A stretch of DNA of 64,000 bases from Rhizodiscina lignyota. Lineage: Eukaryota. The translations under genes were made by a program, and so were the position numbers. The stretch lies in contig ML978124.1 in the NCBI GenBank assembly GCA_010015805.1, forward strand, positions 1,426,001-1,490,000, written 5' to 3'. The notes beneath the pieces were generated by a model. The model saw only the letters and a program-made list of their open reading frames with translations, was not told the DNA's origin and made no database searches. Shown here in pieces: positions 35,987 through 48,887 of the stretch (its first letter is position 1; the number at the start of each line of letters is the position of its first letter).

Positions 35987-37385
35987 TCACTCCGTCTCTG
36001 GTGACTGTATGAACAGATCGTCCAGCGCCGCATCCAGCTCTGATCCATTGTCAAAGCTTGGCAGGGTCCCTCTCACTTGACGACTCCACTGTCTCTGCTC
36101 CTTCTCCTTCGCCAACTTTCTGTCAATTCTGGAGATTGGCGGGCTGTTCGTGTCGCACACAACCTTGACTTTTAACACTACACCGGTCTTTGTTTCTGTT
36201 CCGTCCCATTCGTGTACGAAGCGGTGCAGCTTCTCCTCGGTTGGAAGACATATCCAGGCATATCTTCCCTTCGGTCGACGAATGCCATGTCCTTCTTCTA
36301 CGCCTTCAATCCCTCTGTGGCCACGGACGCTGACTGCTGTCACATCATAGTCTTTGAAGAAGTGGTAGAATCTGTATCCTGAATCCATGTCAGGGGGAAG
36401 AGAGGTATTATTTAGTGTTTCGACTTTTGCAACAAACGGGAAGTGCTGTTGCGGAGAGGGTCGCGATGTGAATATTTTTGCCTGTGGTCGCCTTGGGGAT
36501 CTTGCGACAACTATTGTCTCTCCGGTTTGAGCATAATGAAGGAGGGCAGTGAGTACGACCAGGATCCGCACTGCATCGTTTCCAGCACTATGGTGTCCTT
36601 GGCTCTTGTGGTACTGAGACGCCACCGCCGCATCTAATCTATATGCCGCTGTGATATCCTTGAGAGCCGGTTGATTCAGCCCCGTCATTCCTCCAACGAG
36701 GTCCTGGACATCAACCCATGCGACGAAGAATGGGAGCATGGACTGAAGATCTTTTGACAGTGTTCGTAGCTCTGACACTATGTGGTATCCCAGCAAGACG
36801 ATGTCTTTCTTGGTGGTTGTTTTAACTTCGGTCAAGATAGCTGTCAAAGTGGTTTCTACCTGGAAGGAAGTAAGATGTGTTAGCAGAGCCCGTAAGTTGA
36901 AGTGAGAGTCGGTCGAACCAATCGTAAGTAGCCGGTGTAGTTTTTGCAAGCACAAGGAAAGTGTTGAAAAGCGAAGTAGAAAGAGACGAACCTCTCGCCA
37001 GCATACGTTGTGGACAGAGCCGAAGAAAAAGTTCTCCTTTCTAGACTTCTTGCTCACTCCATGGTCCTGGACTCGGATGCAATGCGTTTGAATTTGATGT
37101 CGTTGGATCAGGCTGTGCCAGGTTTCGTTCAAAGGAGAGCGAACATCATCCAGCTTGCCTCCTGGAAGTACCGCCAGCCCAATTTCATGAATTGTGTCGT
37201 CACTGCCTGCTAAGAGATTAGATACCTGGGGCATGAACTACAGAGGAGCGCGACAAACCTTCGAAATCGATGGCGACAAATGTCGACTTCGGCCATAATC
37301 CTCGAAGGGAGTCAAGATCTGTAATTTTGTTCTCCCATAATGTTCGCCAGTGTTTGATTGGGAACAAGTTGTTGCGATAAGGCAT
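35987..37385 (-). CDS. DEDDh-type 3'-5' exonuclease, QIP/Gfd2-like, with an extra C-terminal domain
   Basis: FVAIDFEG|SDDTIHEIGLA (Exo I), LLGYHIVSEL (Exo II region), HSAGNDA (Exo III); two inferred introns; start codon uncertain. Confidence 0.7.
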
Positions 37386-38076
37386 GTTTGATAGAAAAAG
37401 GCAGAATCTCTTTGCTCGGATGAAGTTAAGAGTCTTGGACAGTCTCGATGGTGTTGAGGGCCGAATCTTTCTATTTTCCAAAATGAAAGAGATGAAAAGG
37501 GGTTGCGGAGAAATAGTCAGTTAAAAATGGAGGGGCGGCCCGCAAGCCGTTGAAGCAATCAGCTTCCATCGACGCATGACTGGTGAACGTCTTCGAGTCC
37601 GCCCACCTTCAAAAATGATCACATTTTCTTGGATTGGCCGGGGCTTGTCTGTTGTTGACGTTACCATCGGGTGGTTTTCATCTACCGTGGCTTTCGGTTC
37701 AGGAGCTTGGGAGGCACTTAGCTAAAAGCGGCCGTCAAGTCTATAAGAGAAATAGTAGACACTTTTTAAACAGGGCCAATGAAGAGAGAACAAAGGTTTG
37801 CGCGAATCTATTGGTCGAAGCAAGGCCGTGCGCGCAATAGCAAAGCGTTGCTGGGCGAAAGCTACCTTACGGTATGCAATCTGCAACATCTCTTGGCACG
37901 AGCGCGTCCAAAGCACAACCGAAAGAGAAAGCGCTCGGTTAGAAATCACATAAGTGAGTTCTGTTCAATGATTTCTACTTAGTTCTAGGGTATCTTCTGG
38001 AAGCTGGCCACATGAGGGGTGACGAGGACGTCGATGTGCCCGATTGTGGGTCCTTTCAACTGAAATTTCTTGTAGT

Positions 38077-40067
38077 CTACGGGGTTGGCCTTTTGAGTGG
38101 ATGTGCCTCTGTGTTGCTTTAAGATGTTAGTTAAACGCAGTTTAATAGTTCGGACGACACTCACAAGACGAATTCATCCAGACTGACAAGGTCGGACTCG
38201 CTAAAGACCAGGTAGAAGTATTTCAAAGTCTCAGCTGTAATGCAGTCAGTATGTGTTGTTGGTGAGGATAATCGGAAATTGCTTGCCTGTCCAAAAGGAT
38301 TCGCAAGTATCGAGCTGTTTCCCGTCGGATTTGCTGACGTCTGCCAGCGACGCGTATCCGATCTCTGTTCGCGCAGCCTGCTCAATCGCTTGAAACATCT
38401 TCCACGCCTTATCCTGCCACGTCGTGTCGCCGGTAACCCTATACAATACGAAAACAGATTCAATCGCCTCTGGCCTGAGCAAGAAGCGAGAATCCCTGAT
38501 ATTTGTCCATCCAGGTTTCAGCCTATTCCCCTCAGCAAAGCTCTTGCCTCTGGCAACTGGGGTCTCGCCGCCGTCGATTTTATGCCGCTGGTCAACTCCT
38601 GCATACCAAGCGTCTTCGTCCCACTCGCAACTGGAACCAGTCAAATTCGCGCACGGAACGAGGTGGAAGAGTTCAGGCATGATGCCGGTGGCCATCTCCC
38701 CATACGCCCACACACAGCCATCTGTTAATTGACGGGCGTAGCTCAAGTCCTCAGGGCGGCCGAAGACTTGAGCGCCAAGAGCGACCATTCCACCGATGAA
38801 GCAGGTGAGGTGCTGCCCAAGCGGTTCGAATTTGACATCGGCGACACCGACGACGCGTATTGTCCCAGAAATCACGATGTCTACAGGTTCAGGTAGCATC
38901 GGCCTAAAGAAGAGGTATTTCTTCGCTGCCTCCAAAGAAGTCTGATACATGTATCGGTATCGTTCAGCCGCTCCGCCGAGAAGGATATATTGCTGAGAAG
39001 GTATTAGTAGGTGTGCTTGAGGAGCCAGGAAGCTGAGATTACCTTTGGAAGATATTCGTACAACGAATCGGCCATTCCTCCTAGTGTGAAGCTTCTATCA
39101 TCTGTAAAGTACTTCTTCCGAGCATTGACCATTATCGGCCACAGACCTGGAGCCTTTGTATTGTTTTGCTGCGCCTCGAATTCGTCCATGATTCGCTCAG
39201 CTGCGTCATGGAACTTGGGGTTGCCGGTGAGTTGCGAAAGACGTGTCATCTCGAGTGTGAGTGAGCCGAGTTCGCTCGAGATTGCATCTCTTGCTGCCTC
39301 CTGCTGCTTGTTCATCGCGAAACTATAGCCTAGTCAGCATAACCATACGCCAACAAGATATTCGGAGGGGTTGCATTAACGCACTCGGCCCAATTCCATC
39401 GAGTGACTGGCATTCGGTTTGGAGTGTCAAATGCAGAGTACATCATCTCTCCCAATTCCAACGCCTTGTCAAGCAGTACCGAGTATTTTCCGCCGCTCAA
39501 GTCATACGCGCTCAGTAGTCCCCCAAGATACCGAATGACAGTTTCGAATAAATTCAGAGTCTCCATCTGTGGCCTGGAGAAATCGATCTTCCGCACGGCT
39601 TTAACAGCGACATCGAACTCTTTCTCCAAGCCCATGATCCAGAGCGTGTCTAACGTGTCGACGAGTGTTGCAGCCCAGCCCCCAAAGTTGTTGTTCGAGC
39701 CTCCCGAGATAGGCTGGACCTCATCTTTCAACCACGCGTGCTCGCGATATGTCTCCCATGACCTTATAAACACGTCTTTGACCGCTGCGAGGCGTTCCAA
39801 ACGTTCGGCCTTGTGCTTATCAGACTCCTCGCTCTTGCTGAAATCATGCTGGACGCGTGGAATGGCGCGAGGCTGTTCCGTGGGGAGCGGGCGGATTGAC
39901 TCTGGAGGATAGCGATGCTCGATTTTGCTCCACTGGATTTTGGCATCCGCATTGAAAGGATTAAGCACAGTGACATCCGGAAGAGCTTGAAATTGCGCGA
40001 GGATAAACAGGATAAAGAGTGCAGCGGCGAATATCGAAATCCAACGGCGTATCAATCGGGAAGACAT
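38077..40067 (-). CDS. Class I alpha-1,2-mannosidase, GH47
   Basis: N-terminal TM anchor, GWAATLVDTLDT, FETVIRYLGG, ADSLYEYLPK, LRPEAIES, AETLKYFYL, NTEAHP. Confidence 0.95.
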
Positions 40068-40493
40068 TGTCAACACGAGCAGTTCAGCACGGAGCTGCAG
40101 AGCGTTGTGCTAGCACCGTCGCGAATCCGGACCCCAAATGATGGAAGCAATGCAGCATCCTGAGGAGGGAACGAGATTGAACGATTCGTAAAGGAGATCT
40201 GCGGACTGTTGAGGGATAGAGCTCCGCCCTTACGCGTGAGAAGTCGCAGTAAATATTCTTGGAGCAACATGGTCAGCGGAAGGAAGCTTGGCCCGACGAA
40301 TACGATCAGAGCTTGCCCCTGAAATTCGAGACTTGGCGAACAAGGGTACACGCAGTAGTCAAAGCTTGGTTTGGAAAGAGATCATAATCGTAGCATATTT
40401 TAATTGCTATGATATCTACCGCAATGAGAGAAACAGTGGTCTTTCCCATTGTCGTGCCATAACACCAAGGAAATCATCAGGTAGTTTTGGCCA

Positions 40494-41852
40494 TCACGCT
40501 TTGCTTTTCCCAATCTTCGATTTGCTCTTCTTCACCTTCGCCGCCTTGAGAACAGTATCATTCGCAGTGCTCTCTGCACTGTGAGTCTTTTCCTCCACAG
40601 CCTCACCCGATGTAGTAGGCAGTGCTTTTGGTTCCGTCTCGGTTTCCACACCTTCCAATGTCTTGTCTGCTGCCTTCCTGAAAGGAATTGACTTGGTGCT
40701 CTTCAACTCAGGGAGCTTGAAGTCATAACCGAACGCCATGAGCTTCTCTTCCTTCGCTTTCCGCCTTTCAGTCTCCCTTTCAATCCTCTTTTCCCAGCCA
40801 TCCCTTTCCATTGGTTGCCTTAGCTTCCGTCCTAGGATTTTGTTGCGTGGGATAACCTTGAACCGCCTGTTGGCGCCCTTGAAAAGATCTTTATGGATTT
40901 CTTCAGGAGCCAAAAGTCGCACTTGAAGAATGTGTCCGAAAAGCAGGTACTTGTTCATTGTTGCAGCGACAATCTTGGCCACTTCGGTCGAAGCAAATTC
41001 AATGAATGCATAATGCTTGCTGTGGCCAGTCTTTTTGTTCCGTGAAAGCCTCAAGCGTTTGATATCGCCGAATTGAGAGAAGTAGGCGCGCATCTGATGC
41101 TCATAGAATCCGTGCGGTACGCGACTGTAGTATCCGTCAGTAACCAAACTGTCCACCAAGAGCTTCTACATTCACTCACCCTACGTAAATAACACCTGGC
41201 GGGTCATTATCATTGCCCGATACTGATTTTAACTTCTTCGCGAGCTTTTTGTTGGCTGGGATTGGTGGGACTTCATCGACTTCCACTTCTTCGGCAGCAT
41301 CACCACCATCCTCATCCTCTGAACTACTTTCAAAGCCTTGAAGTAGGGCAGCTGATTGGTCGTCTATATCATCGTCCTCAGTGACTTCCCAGATGTCCTC
41401 CTCTTCGATCTTCTTCTTAACAGCTGGTGTGCCATTGATAGACCCAAGCTTGTCTTTCTTCATTTCCTTGCTACTTGCACCACCTTTCGCAGCATTATCT
41501 CTGGCCTTGCCCACGGTGACATCGTTCTTGACCTTCTTCAGCTTCGAATCTTTGACTTCGGTTTCTGCATCACCCGGCTCGAAGAAGTCGACAGCTCGCT
41601 TGCGCTTGCTCGTTTTGTGCGTAGAGGATTTGTTGGACGCATCAGACGGTAAAGAGGCCGCCTTCTGCTCTAATTTCGAAGTCGTCCCTCGACTTTTTGA
41701 TTGGGCGGCATCTTGGGCGCCCCGATTTGTTTTGGTCTTCTTCGAAACAGCAGCTGCATTCTCGCTGTCTACCACAGGATGTTAGCGGGCGAAGTGTTTT
41801 GATGGGCATCAGGCATACTTTTGCGCTTCTTCACTTTTACCTCAGGTGCCAT
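40494..41852 (-). CDS. NOP15: Nucleolar RRM ribosome-biogenesis protein Nop15/NIFK
   Basis: GVIYVG|RVPHGFYEHQM, RLSRNKKTGHSKHYAFIEF, MNKYLLFGHIL. Confidence 0.92.
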
Positions 41853-42125
41853 CGGTGATTGTTCGCTCAAATTGGTTGATCCTGCGATACTCCGTGGTAA
41901 TATCCAAACTTTTTATCATCAAGGGCCCGGAACTGGTCCGTGCGTACGGATCGGAAAAACTAGCGAAGGCCCCTCCGCTGCGGGTGGAGCTTTAATAGTT
42001 AAGCCAACACGTGAATACAAACAAAACAAACATCTTAGTTGCTTCGCAATTCTGAGAAAATCGATGACTTCTCAGCTCAAAGTCTAAGTCAAACGCCGAT
42101 ACTTGCGTGGCATCAACCCGTCAAG

Positions 42126-43093
42126 ATGCCGCCAACCAAGAACCCTTGGAATGATCAGGAGCTCGTCGACTCTTGGGATGCCGCCCTCGCAGAGTATGAG
42201 GTATGACTTCAATTTGAAGATAGTTCGATCTTCTAGCTTACGGCCTACCAGAAGTACCACAGCATTGCAGCTCGTGGCGAGGACCCCGAAGAAGTCCTGC
42301 GCAACTTTGTGAATGGGACTGATCCGGCATCAGCGTTTGGCACCGTTTCTGTCGCAGACAGAAATATGGTTTTGGGAAATGCGAGCACTGCAAACTCGAG
42401 CAACGACATGGCCGAGGGCAAGTATGAGAAGAAAGAGGAAGAAGAAGACGAGAAGGTAGATGAGGGCGAAAGCGAGAGAGTCGATGCCAGCGAAACCCCC
42501 GTCAACGGTGTTACCGAAGGAAATGCAGATGCTGGCGTAGAAGGCCTCACTAATACGGTATGTTTGATACGCCACCTACGTTTGGTGTACAGCCAATGTT
42601 TAGCACAGTCGCTCACGATCAACTCCTAGGTGCCGACGAACGAGACTGCAGCTGCCCAAGGACCTGCAGGCCCTACAAACGGCGCACCAGTGGACCTTCC
42701 TGCGGAGCTCCTCGGAGGAGGTAAGATGTCTGCTCACAGTCTTTGCGCATGTGTATACTGATATTCTGTAGACCAAGACCCTGTGTTGCGAAACCTGATG
42801 CTCTCGTGGTACTACACCGGCTACTATGCAGGCCTGCTCAACGCTCGCCAGAGCCAAATGCGCTCGTCCAAGCGTAATTGTACGTCTGAGTGAAATTGAT
42901 TGAAGAACAGTCTTACTACTCGATCACAGTGGAAACAGCAGTCGATGAAACCATGGCGGAACCATTGAAGAATGAGGAGCTCAGTGGAGGTGAAGACTTG
43001 AGTTGGGCCATTAAAGGCGAAGATGAAACCGATGAAGACATGGATGGAATCACTGAAGAAGGCGAGGTCATGGACGAGGCGCAGGATGCTTGA
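42126..43093 (+). CDS. SMN: Survival motor neuron (SMN)-like protein
   Basis: Exon 1-2 WNDQELVDSWDAALAEYE|KYHSI (Gemin2-binding helix) and YG box LMLSWYYTGYYAG; ends at 42893, or at 43093 if intron 42880-42929 is spliced. Confidence 0.85.
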
Positions 43094-43997
43094 GTGATGC
43101 CGCTCTAGCACCCGAAAGGCTGAACCTGTGCTATGCCATGGATGTCATGGATCAAGCTCCTCCGGAAAATGGAGAGATAAGCATCCGATCTATGAGATCC
43201 TGTAAATTGGAGCATCCCTTTTCCGTCGGGGCTCTTGAATGCGATTAGTCGCAAGTTTGGTTGAACAGAATGGACTTCAGGCTTTGGCCGGAACATGAAT
43301 ACTACACACACGACCACACGTTCCATTTGCAATTTTCCTCCGATCGCTGAACACCCACAAAAATAACATCTGGTACAGCCTCTTAATTTTCTTCTCTGAA
43401 ATTTGCTTCCGCCCTGCTCGTTGATGGCTTGCTTTTTGTCAGTTGCGGCAAGGCTTGGCCGCGCGGATCCCGGTCTGAGTTTCTACCCGCCGCCCTGCGA
43501 CACACCTGAGACGTCACCTGCAACGACTTCCACACAACAAACGTCGAGGCATTCAATTTCCCAGCCCTCAATGCCGCCGTGCTCAGCAAATTTAAGCGTC
43601 TGCGGAGAAACAGACATGGTTCTCTCACGGGTTTCGCCAACCCGAAGCGATGTGATGTTTCGGTAGACTGTTCTTCCACCGCCCCCTTTCAAACAATCAT
43701 TTCCTATGCTCGCCCTTAAGTCTAGATGGAGTCCCAGGACGCTTCACACTTCCTTCGCTCATCTGGAAGGCAGAATATTCGTGCGCATCGCTTCTCTTTC
43801 GTCTTAACGTTCAGTCCCTTTTGTCGATTCTTCTCACTTCGTTTCCTCCTTCACGAGCAGGCCCTCACTTTGTGCCTTAACCTTTCTCTCAATAATCGAA
43901 TCCTCCGCAGAGCGGCATTCTAATACCGAGGTCACGAATTGTTCAAACAGCTTTCCGGCAAAGCCCTTCCACATCCATTCATTCCACAATCGCCATA

Positions 43998-44994
43998 ATG
44001 AAGTCTTACTCGTTCGTCGCTCTTTTTGGGGCGGTCGCGGTAGCACAGTCATCATCTGCAACGGGAACATCGATGGCAGCAATGTCCATGTCGGTCAAAC
44101 CCAACCCTTCGGCAACAGCACCGGGCGGAGGTGCGATACATGAGGTATGGACAAGCAATAATATACGAGTCTGAAACCCCCATCTAACAAAGGAACAGGT
44201 GGTAGTATCAGAATCCGTCGCGTTCCAGCCCAGTTCCGTCTCCGCCAACAAAGGAGACATCGTCCGGTTCATGTTCATGGCTGCCAATCAATCAATCGCA
44301 CAATCAACCTTCGATACGCCCTGCATTGCCGTCACGAAGGGTATCACATCAGGCTTCAAGGCAAATCCAAATGGCAGCGTCCCTCCGCCAACCTTCGATT
44401 TCTCAGTGACAGACTCCACGAAGCCAGTTTGTAAGTCGTCTGTACGTCTAGTATTTGTAACCCAACTGACACCACATAGTCATGTTCGCCGAGCAAGCAA
44501 ATGACTGCTCTATGGGCATGGTCTTCGCCGTCAACCCTGCCCCAAGCACAGGCAGCACTACCGACCAGAGCGTGGCGAACTTCATGATGAAGGCCATTGA
44601 CACGGGCAACAAAGCGGCCGCATCTCCTGCAGCCATGGGCCTCGTGGCTGCGGGTGCTGTCTCGCAATCAGCAGCAGGCCAAACCGTCACCATCAGCGTG
44701 GAAGGCGCTGCAGCCGCCACGGGCTCGAGCGGCTCGAACCCTTCTGCCGCAGGCGCTGCTCCGGCGGCGGCAACGACTGTCGCAGGCCAAGGCATGACCG
44801 GCCAGGGATCAGCCTGTGGCTGCACGTGCTTGTGTGGTCTCACCTCTTTCCCACAGGGCGCTGGTACAGGACAGTTCGGCGGCTTCCTGGGTGCAATGCC
44901 GGCCGCACCTGCTGCCTCGATGGCACGACGCGCGATTGCCGCTCCACAGATGCAGGCTGGTGTCATGCCTCCGATGAGAAGGTACAAAGCATAG
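43998..44994 (+). CDS. Secreted Ser/Ala-rich cupredoxin-fold protein
   Basis: Signal peptide MKSYSFVALFGAVAVA; FQPSSVSANKGDIVRFMF, QSTFDTPC, CSMGMVFAVN; C-terminal CGCTCLCG; 2 introns. Confidence 0.82.
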
Positions 44995-45790
44995 GTCTCA
45001 GGTAGATAGTTCCGGTGAGATCGCTTGCGTTGAAGACATTGGTGTTGAAGGAAGAGGACTTGGAGGTTTCTCGAACTGGTTCGGTCGCACTCTAGATCGG
45101 GAAGCGGCATGGTTGTACTATTCTCGCGGACGTGCGTTGCATTAATATTCCCCAGGCAGCTGGCGTCTCTTTGCTACGCATATGTTGATCAGATTAAACA
45201 CTTTGTGCATAAGATCATGATATCAAAGACATTAGCTATATTATCTCTTTAGACTGCGTCGATATGACTCCAAATGTTGATTTGAACTGTGTGAATGCTG
45301 GCCATAGTCGAACTCTGCTGCTAAGGTTCCCCTTTGCTTTGTTCAATACAAATAGATCTTAGTGGGGCCAAGAACGATTCAGAAGGCTGTTCTGATAGAG
45401 CAGTGAGGGATACGACATGGTGGATACAGACATGCGATGACTGTTAGGTCGGTAGATCGTATTATTAAACGGAAGAATTGGTACTCTTGTCATTCAAAAC
45501 AACTGCCGAGCTCGTGGTAGGGCCACTGGTTCGTATCGCAATGCTGTAGCACATGGAGCAGTTCGTGATGGTAGCGGAGAAGTCGGAACGAGTTGGAATG
45601 CAGTGTCTTGCGGGTAATATGCAACTCCATTCATCAGGAAACTCGTAGTAGTCGTAACGCTAATCTTGCAGCACTGCCAAAATCAAACCAAAACAGCCTC
45701 ACGATGCTCAGGTCACCGCACTCGCACCGTCCGTATCCCCAATCATGCGCCTTCGACATCTTGAGCTAGAGGGAGCCAACGGGTCGTGGG

Positions 45791-46158
45791 TCATTTCTTC
45801 TTGTCTGTGTCGGTCTTTTTCGCATCCGCTGTGGTAGAAGTTACTATCGCATGGCCGTAATATGGCTAATGAATAAGAAGCAGTGCTCACCGGCAGCTTG
45901 TTTGGCGCGCATAATCGCTGCCTGATCCTCCTTCGTCCTCGCGAATTCAGTGCCAGATTGCTATTGTATTGAATGAGTATGTATCAAATACAGGCTTGAT
46001 CGATGGACTGTGCGTACGCTATTCTTCTTTCCCTGCACAAGGTGGAGTTAGTAATGCGGCAGAAGTGTAGAGAGAAAGGGCATTGGTGAACGTACATTCG
46101 CTGCCTGCGCCTTGAGGTTCTTCTCACGGGCCTTTTCTCTCTGGTTACCGCGCGACAT
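45791..46158 (-). CDS. SERF: Small EDRK-rich factor (SERF/4F5 family), 61 aa, 4 exons; absent from the ORF track
   Basis: Exons 46158-46096, 46032-46018, 45960-45891, 45828-45791, all GT-AG, give MSRGNQREKAREKNLKAQAANGKKNSQSGTEFARTKEDQAAIMRAKQAAADAKKTDTDKKK. Confidence 0.92.
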
Positions 46159-47247
46159 GGTTATGGGAGTTGCTAGATGCTCTTAATGGTTTCGAAACCG
46201 TTCGAGATGTGGAGAGAGTTGACGATATGGGAACTCGTCGGGATCGAGTGGCAGAGAAAGGTTCTCGAGGCTCTGCGGTAAGCGAAAATAGCACAGCCTC
46301 CGAGCGACGCCCGCGCCTAGCTGCAACGGGTGTAGCCTCCCAGAGCGTTGGTTCGAGAACACATGCCGGGCTCTGACTTGACGACAGCATCCGATTTCTC
46401 CAGATGCAAATGTCAATTTTGGACTTTCTCAGCAGCTCGGATTCTTTCTTTGGTTTCAATTTTTGCTGAAACAGGAACCGCCTGCTATGTCTCTCGCTCT
46501 TTTGCAGCCTAGCGGCCATGTCCCCAGAGGTCGGAGTGTTTCGAGGCCAACATGAAACATCTAACCGCCACGCTCACGCTCGTGTACGCAACGCGTCCAT
46601 CCAATGCATTCGCGGTGATCTCCTGCAGGCCAAACCTGCTTTCGAACCCCAGAACCCCAATCCATCGCAGGAACCACCTCCCACCACCCCCTCCACAGCG
46701 TCCGACTCGCTGTAGAGATCATGCAGCGCGAACGGTCTAACGAGCACCAAGCCTTCCTCCTGCGTCGCCTACCCGGTCGCTGGAGATTTGCAAGGTACGG
46801 CACAGACGGGACAGGCGTGAGTCTGCTTGATCAGGTCGCACTCGGCTTCGCGCCAGGGTCGTTGGACGGGCTCTTTGCGGGAGAGTGGGAGACCAGTCGA
46901 TGTGCTGATCCTAAATGGAATGCTGCTATTGTGACGCATTGACAATCGCACAATAGCGTGTTGGTCTGGAATACTAATGGTAGGCGAGACTCCAGGTCCT
47001 TCTTGGATTTTCACTTTTTCTTTCCTCGTTCCCTATTGTCGCCATTAGCTATTGTCATTCGAGCCCAAGCGGTGCTTTTCTGCCTTGAAGGCCCAGTCGA
47101 TCTTGTACTTTCTCTCTCACTCCTCGCCCTCGAAAATATTTAGTTTCTTCTCTCTTTGATCTGCCCATCTAGAGTCTGCTGGCCAGCTTGTTCTCAGCCA
47201 TAATCCAAAATCGCATCCAAGTTGAAAGATATCGAAAATCCACCACC

Positions 47248-48264
47248 ATGCCGCTCTCCAGCAAACGCCTCGCAGGCCCAGGCTATATCATTCTTAATAC
47301 CCTTCGCGTCATGAACATCATTGGTCTTCTAGCAGTCGTCACTGCCAGCGTTGTAATGCTTGTAAACGCCTTTACCGCCAACATCTCGAAGTTCTTCTTC
47401 TTCGACGCCGTGAGCCATGTCATCACCTTCTTCATCAGCAGTGAGTCAAACTATGAATTCAACAAAGAGAGTTCACGCTTAACAATATGCAGTCTTCCTC
47501 GCCATCTCTGAGATGTCCCTCTTCCGCTCGTACTTCCAGCGCAATTGGCCTCTCTTCGGTCCCGATCACAGCTTCGTCATGCTTGGCCTGTCAATGGTCG
47601 TACTGGGCGTCAATATCTTGGGCAACATGAATAAGCAAGCCATGAGCCAAAAGGCGCTCGGTTTAGCATTCTGGCGTATTGTTCTTGCGTCGGCCATTAT
47701 TGTCCTTGTCCTTGGTGTCTTCAATATTGTAGCGGTAAGTCTTGACAACCAGCATATTCGACGCCACCACTGACGCGATAAATCCAGAGCTATGTCTTCC
47801 GCGATAAGAAACTGGGAATCACCGCTCGCAAGGTCCGCAGTCACGGCGCTGTCGCGATACCCGACCAGCCAGAGTACTATGCGCCCAGCATGACGAAGAA
47901 AGCCCCGCTAAGCATTCGAACGACTCTCCCATCCTCCTCCGCCTCCCTCCCCACCGCCTCGTCCATTTACTCTCCCGTAAAGTCAATCAAGACACCCACT
48001 TCGGCGACGAAAACGTCTGCGGCAACGGCCGCTCTCAGGTTCCCTGCACGTGCTTATAGAGCAGCGAGAGAATCAATCCTGCCATCTTACCACAGCTCCT
48101 CGCCAACAAGGACCAGGGTAACTCCTACAGAGACCAGCAGACCTATGGAGATCTCGGCCCCGATGAACATCAACCCGCAATTTGCGCATCTGGTCAAGCC
48201 AGACAATGACCACCATCCAAGCAGGCGGGAACAGGAAGGCGCTTCGCCTGGTGGCTGGGTCTGA
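47248..48264 (+). CDS. Fungal membrane protein of unknown function (about 4 TM plus Ser/Thr/Pro-rich tail)
   Basis: Good start context CCACCATG; LAGPGYIILNTLRVMN, YFQRNWP, FWRIV; 2 introns join three ORFs. Confidence 0.75.
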
Positions 48265-48887
48265 AAATCTTATTCGCAAACAAGGCTACAATTTCTTGAT
48301 TGAGGTCTACTTCACGGCCTAAATCTCCAATCGCGTCTTTTAGCGGGCTACGGATGGCGTTCTAAGGCATATGCATTGCGGTTCATGAAGCTACGAGTGG
48401 TTCAACGGCCATAGCAGTCATTACGACTCTCATATGTATCATACGCTCACTTTGATGAGGATTCTTCTTCTCCAGCAAAGCTTTGATAGGGAAGATACCA
48501 TCTTTGACTAATGGCGCACGAGAAGGACTGGGGAGGCGCTTGGTTGACGTTCGCTTGTATTCTACGATACCACCGGTCTCAGAGCAATGAGGTGTGACCG
48601 TAGTCTATCATTTAAAAGCAAATCTACTATGTTCAACCTTCAATAGATTCTCAGATTGAACCAAATTCTCTGGCGTAACTTGGAAAATTTCCTTAGGGAT
48701 CACGTGCTGACGAGCCACTTTCGCGTTTCCTCAATTTGGCAACTTCGACGCGCCTTAAATATCCACACACAACACATAAACTCTCTCAAGAAATGCATCG
48801 CTCGCGCATTTCAGCATGATGGTTATAGTTCGCTTGGGTGTCGCATGAGTACTCGCATCCTACGACCTTCAGCAAATCAACTCCAGA

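Noticed and set aside
46721..46956. Possible uORF and 5' UTR intron upstream of the gene at 47248
   Set aside because: Splice-like signals are present but cannot be supported without transcript data.
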